From: Sporopachydermia quercuum
Lineage: Eukaryota
Assembly: GCA_001599295.1 (NCBI GenBank)
Contig: BCGN01000005.1
Coordinates: forward strand, 744,001-808,000
Length of the DNA stretch: 64,000 bases
Direction of reading: 5' to 3'
The notes below the pieces were generated by a model. That model did not search any database. It worked only from the letters and a program-made list of their open reading frames with translations, and was not told where the DNA came from. Below, one piece after another: positions 56,910 to 64,000 of this stretch (the stretch's first letter is position 1; every line of letters begins with the position of its first letter). The position numbers and the translations under genes are program-made.

Positions 56910-57274
56910 GGGACAGCAGCAAGAATAACCGCATCTAGCCATGTATACGTTCTTTCTTATTCTATCAATATTGTATCAGTATTTGGTTTAAGTGATTACA
57001 TGGGACCAACGGGCATACTCTTTAGGTTGAAGGTTCAATAAATATTGCATTTCATTATTTATTTATTCAGTTTAGGATTGATTTCATGACTGTTTCGAAG
57101 CAATGACATCTTGCTTACAAGTATTCGACAAGGCGGGAAAAGTAAAGTATATTACACAGTAATGATATACACGGCTCCTGTTAATCAGTTGTTATGTGAT
57201 GTATATGAATTTGACTTACATACAGATGTTTGTACATGATTAAGGTTAAGGTAACAACTGTAAAAACCATGAGG

Positions 57275-59212
57275 TCAATTGTGATCACCAGTAAACTCTT
57301 CAAACTCGTTACTTGACACATTCAAATTGTGTACGGCTCCCGGTAAACTGAAAGAGCTTTCAGAACTTCCAACAGTGTCAACTGTACGTATAGCTTCACC
57401 CTGTATTGACTGATTATTCGGTGAAGATGTCAATATGGGCGTAGATGTACTTGCTTCATGTTCAGCATCTTGAACTGACGGGGAAGTGAGCACTTGTTGA
57501 GTGCCTTCTTCATTTCTTGGTAAGAAAAATCTATGGGAAGTACCAGTGAAAAACGAGTCATCATCTTCAGTAATTGTATCATCTTTCTTGATGGTACGTT
57601 CTGGGTCCTTTCCTAGATCATTTATTTCTGATGTGTGATCTGTTACATTCTCGTCTTTACTATCAGATTGCTTTTGACTGTCATCGGAATGATCCGTTAG
57701 TGTAGTGGTTTCCGTTCTATTGCCAGAAGATATTTTTAAATCAACTTCAGTTTCAGTTTCACTTTCTGCATCTGCATCTTCTTTTACTGTTTCTATATTT
57801 TCTCCAATGAGACTTTGCTTTAGCTTCACTTTGGCCATCTGTCTCCGTGGTGATAAATCGTTGTCATTTGCATCAGCAGGACTACGATTCAAATCTTTAC
57901 CCAAAGGGGTAGTCCTTATAACTGAAGGAGATTGTGATGTTGACGACTTATTACCCATTATATTAGTATTGGAAAAAGAGCTTCCGTTGATTAAATTAGA
58001 ATCGCTTGAGCCTATTTTTCTTGAATCACTGGGACTACCGGCATTGAAAGGATTTGGTATAAACCTCTCTCGTTGGGGACTTGTATATGAAGCTTGCGAG
58101 AAAGGTTCCTGTCCATTCCTTTTAGTTCCGAGTAGTTCTCCATCCTTAAGGCCTCGTGTAAGCAAAGAACCAGTATTGCCACCACTATTTTCTTGGTCAT
58201 CGTCAAAAACAAAGGGATCAGGACAGGACGCTATGAGATCATCTAAGCCACCTCCACTCCAACCTTTCCTAGCAATGCCTTCGTATATTTCCACCTGAGC
58301 TCTAACTACTGATCCTACTCTAGTCAGAACTCTCATTGACATGTCCTGGACTAAATCATAGCTAGAATGATAATATCGATACTTGAGACGATCTATATCA
58401 TCAATCTGACTGGTCAACTCCATCAAAGACGTTCTATATAACTGTAAGTTTCTTGTGCGTAGTTTTGAAAGCTTTGAATTCCGTTTTTCAGTTAACCTAA
58501 GTTGTTTTGTCTTACTCTTAATTTCATCTCTGAATTGCTCATCGTTCTTCAACGTGAGTTCATGAAATCTCTTAATCTCATCTTTCAAAGGGGTTTCAAA
58601 AGATCTTTGAATAGATTCTGATAATATCAATTGGTGGTTAGCAACTAAAAAATGTAACCCACCAGCTGACATCAATCCATCTGCAGCACTTCCTGATCCT
58701 TTACATCGAGCACAGTCTTCTAAAGCCGAGCCAAACTCTGCGGCAGTTGAAGCGACTAGATTCAAAGCTTCTCTGTATTTTGCCGCTTTCTCTAACACAG
58801 AATTGTATGAATTCAATGTATTGTTGACCTCTGATGTTGTTATTATTGCTGGTAAATCTAATGTTGACGGCGAGATAGAAGGCATAGAATCTAATGTCGC
58901 AATAGAAGATTTTCTATCGAATCGACGGGATTCAGATCTGTAAATGCTATTGGATATATTAGAGGATCTAGTTGAGTAGTTGTAATTTGAGGATCTTGTA
59001 GGTGACGGAGACGTAGGAACATCTCTGGGTCCTCTCCCAAGGACAGAATGGTCATATCGATTATTATTCATATAGTTGATTGAATCTTTTGGTGGGTCTA
59101 CTGGAGAGTTATCATGGCCTGGATTAACAAATGAATAGAACTCTGATAAATGTGAAGGCGCTTGGAGATTTCCAAACTTGTTAGTACTTTTCGAAGTTGT
59201 TGATTCTGACAT
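57275..59212 (-). CDS. IVY1: I-BAR domain vacuolar protein Ivy1
   Basis: AAEFGSALEDCAR, GLHFLVANH, YEGIARKGWSGGGLDDL. Confidence 0.88.
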   Translation of the reverse strand: MSESTTSKSTNKFGNLQAPSHLSEFYSFVNPGHDNSPVDPPKDSINYMNNNRYDHSVLGRGPRDVPTSPSPTRSSNYNYSTRSSNISNSIYRSESRRFDRKSSIATLDSMPSISPSTLDLPAIITTSEVNNTLNSYNSVLEKAAKYREALNLVASTAAEFGSALEDCARCKGSGSAADGLMSAGGLHFLVANHQLILSESIQRSFETPLKDEIKRFHELTLKNDEQFRDEIKSKTKQLRLTEKRNSKLSKLRTRNLQLYRTSLMELTSQIDDIDRLKYRYYHSSYDLVQDMSMRVLTRVGSVVRAQVEIYEGIARKGWSGGGLDDLIASCPDPFVFDDDQENSGGNTGSLLTRGLKDGELLGTKRNGQEPFSQASYTSPQRERFIPNPFNAGSPSDSRKIGSSDSNLINGSSFSNTNIMGNKSSTSQSPSVIRTTPLGKDLNRSPADANDNDLSPRRQMAKVKLKQSLIGENIETVKEDADAESETETEVDLKISSGNRTETTTLTDHSDDSQKQSDSKDENVTDHTSEINDLGKDPERTIKKDDTITEDDDSFFTGTSHRFFLPRNEEGTQQVLTSPSVQDAEHEASTSTPILTSSPNNQSIQGEAIRTVDTVGSSESSFSLPGAVHNLNVSSNEFEEFTGDHN

Positions 59213-60024
59213 CGCGAAGATTTATGTTATGCGAATTATGTGTGAAACTAGGTTTCTTGCGCAATACAATCAAGACTTTGTTTTGTCTTGTAATAATCTC
59301 CAAAAATCTACCGCGTTCTCCTTTGTTGGATCGTGAACTTCATAAAGCTTCAGAGCGCGTTCAGTTTACAAAATTTAGATGATTAAGTATGCAAACGTTT
59401 CTTGTAACTAAGAACAACGAACTAATCGAGTCAAAAAGAATGGTAAGGCTCGTATAACGCACTAACTTCCAGTTCAAAATTGAAGCTATTCAATGCTAAA
59501 CAAAATCCCTTTTCTTTATTGAATATAGTTGAGTAGTAGTANTCAGTTTTTCGGACAATCGTTTAGTTCTCATGTCTATTATTTCAATTGTTAGCGTAAG
59601 TTTTAATTTTACATAGCCATCTAATAAAAACACATCTTCTGCAGCCTGATTATCAGACATATTCTTCCTTTTTCTTTCGATGCCTTCTCAAATAGACAAG
59701 ACATTTTCTAAATCACAACACAAATACATACATATATTACTAGAATCAGACTTGAATAAAAAGCAAGTAAAAAGGCAACCCAAACAAATAATATCAGTCA
59801 AACAACAATGCTTCACACTTCTCAAAACAATAACAAAAATCAGTGACTTTTAATATACTATTAGCAATTTCATGATTGCTGTTCAGATACTTGCAAACCG
59901 GTAATTGACATCATAAACCGTATCAAATAGTTTGCTTTGATTTCTAAAAGGTAAATCTCGTGCGATAAGAAGCCATTGAATACATGCCTCATCAATTCAT
60001 GCCATCACAAACGAAACGCAAAAT

Positions 60025-60163
60025 ACTTGGGGGAGGTTCAGGCCATCTTTTGAACCACGCATCTCACCCCAATACTAATCTGGTTGTACGGGTGTTTTTT
60101 TAACCCCAACTTCTAATTAAATATTAAGGGGTATTTAGGCCATTCATTGTACATCGAACAATT
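60025..60163 (+). ncRNA. Candidate box H/ACA snoRNA (hairpin - H box - hairpin - ACA)
   Basis: Hairpin 60027-60072; ATACTA (ANANNA) 60072-60077; hairpin 60079-60157; ACA 60158-60160 plus 3 nt; folded by eye. Confidence 0.5.
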
Positions 60164-60172
60164 TTCCCAAAC

Positions 60173-60180
60173 TTACCCGG
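60173..60180. promoter_or_regulatory. Reb1-type site
   Basis: TTACCCGG. Confidence 0.5.
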
Positions 60181-60524
60181 TTAGATCGAACAGTCTGTTT
60201 TTTCACATACTGAGGGAGGAATATGGATTCTTGCGAAGAAGCATGCTTTTGCTGAAATGATGTTATTGATCCTAGAGAAACGGAAAGACAAAGAAAGAAA
60301 GAGTTTATATTGATGTTGGAAAGTCAGGAAGAGCTGTAATTTGGGAGAGTGGGAAGAAGAATATTTCATGCTTGGAAATTAGTAACTCAAGCAGAACAGC
60401 ACCTATGAGAGCGAACAGTATTTCTCCACAAGTGATCATTATTAGAGACTATTGATAGACGAGATTACTTGCTGAGTATCGGAAACTGGATAATATCATT
60501 TAAATAAACAAAATAATAGTCATA

Positions 60525-61301
60525 ATGTTCAAACTACCAAGCATCAGATTACCCTCATTGGGTTTGAGAGTGGGCCCATTGGGTTCAAGCTCAAGAGGCT
60601 TCTCAACGACTTTCAGAGTTCACGATACCACACCAACTGAAGACTTCAAGCCAAATTTGAGGCCTTATATGTTGAATCCTGAATTAAGAGATATAGTGAA
60701 AAGACCTGCTTCTCGAAAGACATACTTAGTTGATCGATATACATATATACTGGACAACTATCCATTAATTTTGTTTGTGCATTTCGGAAATCTCACAAAA
60801 CAAGAGAACAATACCATAAGAACTCAGATAAAAGCTTCAGATGGGTATTTGACTGTATTGAGGAACAATTTATTCAAAGTTGCTCTTAGAGGTTATGATT
60901 TCGAGGATCCGGCCTCAAAAAAGGCGCAAAAAACAAACAGGTTTAACCGTCATCCTCTTCTAAGCGTCTTTGGGGGTCCAACCGCTGCCATTTTATTCAA
61001 GACTGTTGACCCTACAGCTGTGAAAAAGGTTTTACAAACTATTTCTAGAACTGGCGATAAAGTGTTCTTACAAGCTGCTCGTGTTGATGGCGCAGTAATG
61101 ACCGTGGATGACGTTCAACAATTCAAAGACTTACCATCAAAGGAAGGTTTACTCAGCCAGCTTATGGGTACTTTATCTATGCTTGGTGCTGCTGGCTTGG
61201 TTAGAACTTTACAAGCTCCTTCTCAAATGTTGTATTTGACAATGGAAGCTCATAAGAAGAGTGAAGAAGAAAAAACAGAGAGAAAACCAGAAGAAAAGTA
61301 G
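60525..61301 (+). CDS. MRPL11: Mitochondrial ribosomal protein uL10m
   Basis: Presequence; SRKTYLVDRY, YDFEDPAS, HPLLSVFGGPTA, FKDLPSK, GAAGLVRTL. Confidence 0.9.
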   Translation: MFKLPSIRLPSLGLRVGPLGSSSRGFSTTFRVHDTTPTEDFKPNLRPYMLNPELRDIVKRPASRKTYLVDRYTYILDNYPLILFVHFGNLTKQENNTIRTQIKASDGYLTVLRNNLFKVALRGYDFEDPASKKAQKTNRFNRHPLLSVFGGPTAAILFKTVDPTAVKKVLQTISRTGDKVFLQAARVDGAVMTVDDVQQFKDLPSKEGLLSQLMGTLSMLGAAGLVRTLQAPSQMLYLTMEAHKKSEEEKTERKPEEK

Positions 61302-61619
61302 TCGTTGCATTCCGGTTATGACTTTGAACACTCTTTGTTAAGTTTCCCGTTACATTTCTTCCCTGTATATACAACCAGTATCCTTCATTACTATAATATT
61401 TTACCCTACAGGTTAAATAAATAATCAAAATATTATCCTATAAAGCTTCGACCAAATCACCATGCACATAACAGAAAGCCCTCCTCCAAATAGATTACCT
61501 AATCAGTAAACACACACCCTTACATCCAATTTCAACATGATTTACATTTTTTCATTACCTTTTTAGGAGCTCATATTAAAGAATTACCATCTGAAAAAAG
61601 ATTTATTATAAGGAGTTGA

Positions 61620-62630
<1,011 letters not shown>

Positions 62631-62837
62631 ATGTGTGCCTGATTATTTTCTTGTATGATGTTATAAATAATGTACGCTGGAATACGATTCTATAAGTTCT
62701 ATTTCCTTTTTCAGTAATCTGGTATTGTCACATGTAATGCCTCTNCAGGCAATTGAAAACATTTAATATCAACCTACTGGCAACAATATTGATAAGTTTA
62801 TTATAGATAATTTTACTATGTCAGACTGACCTTACCT

Positions 62838-64000
62838 TTATAATCTTTTATTCTGATTTGTATTGTGATTATCTGGGCGAGCCACTTGTCCGGTTTCTTC
62901 ATTCTCATACTCATTTTCATCTTCATCAGCATTGCTAATTGCATTCNCCTCTCCAGGTGGCCCGTCCTTATTGAAAATCTTACCAATAAAAGTTCCAACA
63001 GTTGCACTTCCTCTTCTTACAGCATCAGATATACTACTATTTCCTGGTGCTACATAATCACCATTATCGTTCATCAAATGAGAGACATCTGGTGGTTCTA
63101 GTTCTTGATGAGAAAATAATGAAGGTGTTTGTTGAGGACCAAGAAAAGGTGATATTTCTCCAGCGTTACCCAGGCCTTGTCTTGCTAAAGCAGCAGCCGA
63201 TAAATGTCTGGGGGAATTCAATATTGTTGCAGAGACGGAGCCATAACCATATCTAGGTCCATCACCAGAATACAACGAGTTGACTTCAGTATCTGGTTCA
63301 GAAATACCAGTGAAATTGGTATGATGATCTCTATTATAAGCTGAAACTGATGAGTATATTGAAGCAGCAGAATCATCTCCAAATACAGAATCCATATCTT
63401 CTAATTTTAAACCAGCAGTTTCAGGGTAAGTGAAGTAAACAACAAAGAATGATAGTAAACAAAACCCTGCATGCATGATATATAAATGGTAACGAATAGC
63501 TTCTTGTAAAACAGGTGTAACTTCTCCAACAATCCAGTTGAAAGCCCAATTAGCGGCTGTTGATAATGAGGCACCTTTTGCTCTTATTGATAACGGTAAG
63601 ATTTCAGGAGGATATAACCATGGGATTGGACCCCAAGAATAACCAAAAAATGCGTTATAAACAACAACAAGAAACACAACCATTCCAGGAGTTGCTGAGT
63701 TATTCAAAAACATAAAATATGCAATAAGAGATAATGATACAGACATTACTAAAGCACCAGATAATAAAATAGGTCGTCTTCCCCAATGGTCAACTAAATA
63801 CCAAGGTGGAATAGTGCTCGCAATATAAACTATTCCATTAATACCTGTCATTAGGATCGCATCTCTACCTTTCCAACCTGCTTGTTCAAAGACAAGTGGA
63901 GCGTAATAAGATATAACATTAATACCATTTAATTGGGCTAACGCTTGAGAAGACATAGCAATCAATACTCTTTTCTTATATTTTCTCCACATATAAGTGT
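62838..64000 (-). CDS. MFS sugar-porter family transporter, C-terminal half (5' part lies outside the window)
   Basis: QLNGINVISYY, VDHWGRRPIL, WGPIPWLYPPEI, YPETAGLKLEDM. Confidence 0.93.
   Translation of the reverse strand, partial: TYMWRKYKKRVLIAMSSQALAQLNGINVISYYAPLVFEQAGWKGRDAILMTGINGIVYIASTIPPWYLVDHWGRRPILLSGALVMSVSLSLIAYFMFLNNSATPGMVVFLVVVYNAFFGYSWGPIPWLYPPEILPLSIRAKGASLSTAANWAFNWIVGEVTPVLQEAIRYHLYIMHAGFCLLSFFVVYFTYPETAGLKLEDMDSVFGDDSAASIYSSVSAYNRDHHTNFTGISEPDTEVNSLYSGDGPRYGYGSVSATILNSPRHLSAAALARQGLGNAGEISPFLGPQQTPSLFSHQELEPPDVSHLMNDNGDYVAPGNSSISDAVRRGSATVGTFIGKIFNKDGPPGEXNAISNADEDENEYENEETGQVARPDNHNTNQNKRL

Noticed and set aside
57705..58298. 197-aa antisense ORF inside IVY1, and similar antisense or alternative-frame ORFs in SPT8, the bHLH gene, ZUO1 and NAT1
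   Set aside because: Shadow ORFs of low-complexity coding sequence with no domain signal; poly-Cys and poly-Leu come from polyQ and polyN codons
60169..60190. ACTTACC resembling the U1 snRNA 5' end
   Set aside because: No U1 stem-loops follow; better explained as a Reb1 site

Overview
AT-rich nuclear DNA from a budding yeast (Saccharomycotina, inferred from protein motifs), gene-dense, with about 34 recognisable housekeeping genes. In order: GYP8, SPT8, CAF16, NUF2, SDH5, an RTG3-like bHLH, NAT1, SEC13, PNP1, RNR1, SEC15, IRC6, a PHS1-like gene, ERJ5, DAL3, GLC8, an MPM1-like gene, VPS55, PRE5, a YjbQ-family gene, ERV29, ZUO1, ELP6, TGL3, a SPOUT methyltransferase, BGL2, a DUF3445 N-demethylase-like gene, a LigB/DODA dioxygenase, complex I subunit B8, IVY1, MRPL11, TRM8 and a partial MFS sugar transporter. 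I reconstructed 13 spliceosomal introns in 7 genes by hand. CTG sits at conserved Leu positions (standard code) and a complex I subunit is present, so this is probably neither Saccharomycetaceae nor a CUG-Ser yeast. I saw no tRNA, rRNA, transposon or CRISPR. The best leads are an unannotated H/ACA-like RNA at about 60.0-60.2 kb, a hidden small spliced ORF between NUF2 and SDH5, a catalytically degenerate Phs1 paralogue, a divergent DUF3445/LigB oxygenase pair and an in-frame alternative 3' splice site in SEC15. All family assignments come from remembered motifs; no searches were run. I cannot demonstrate a novel system from sequence alone.
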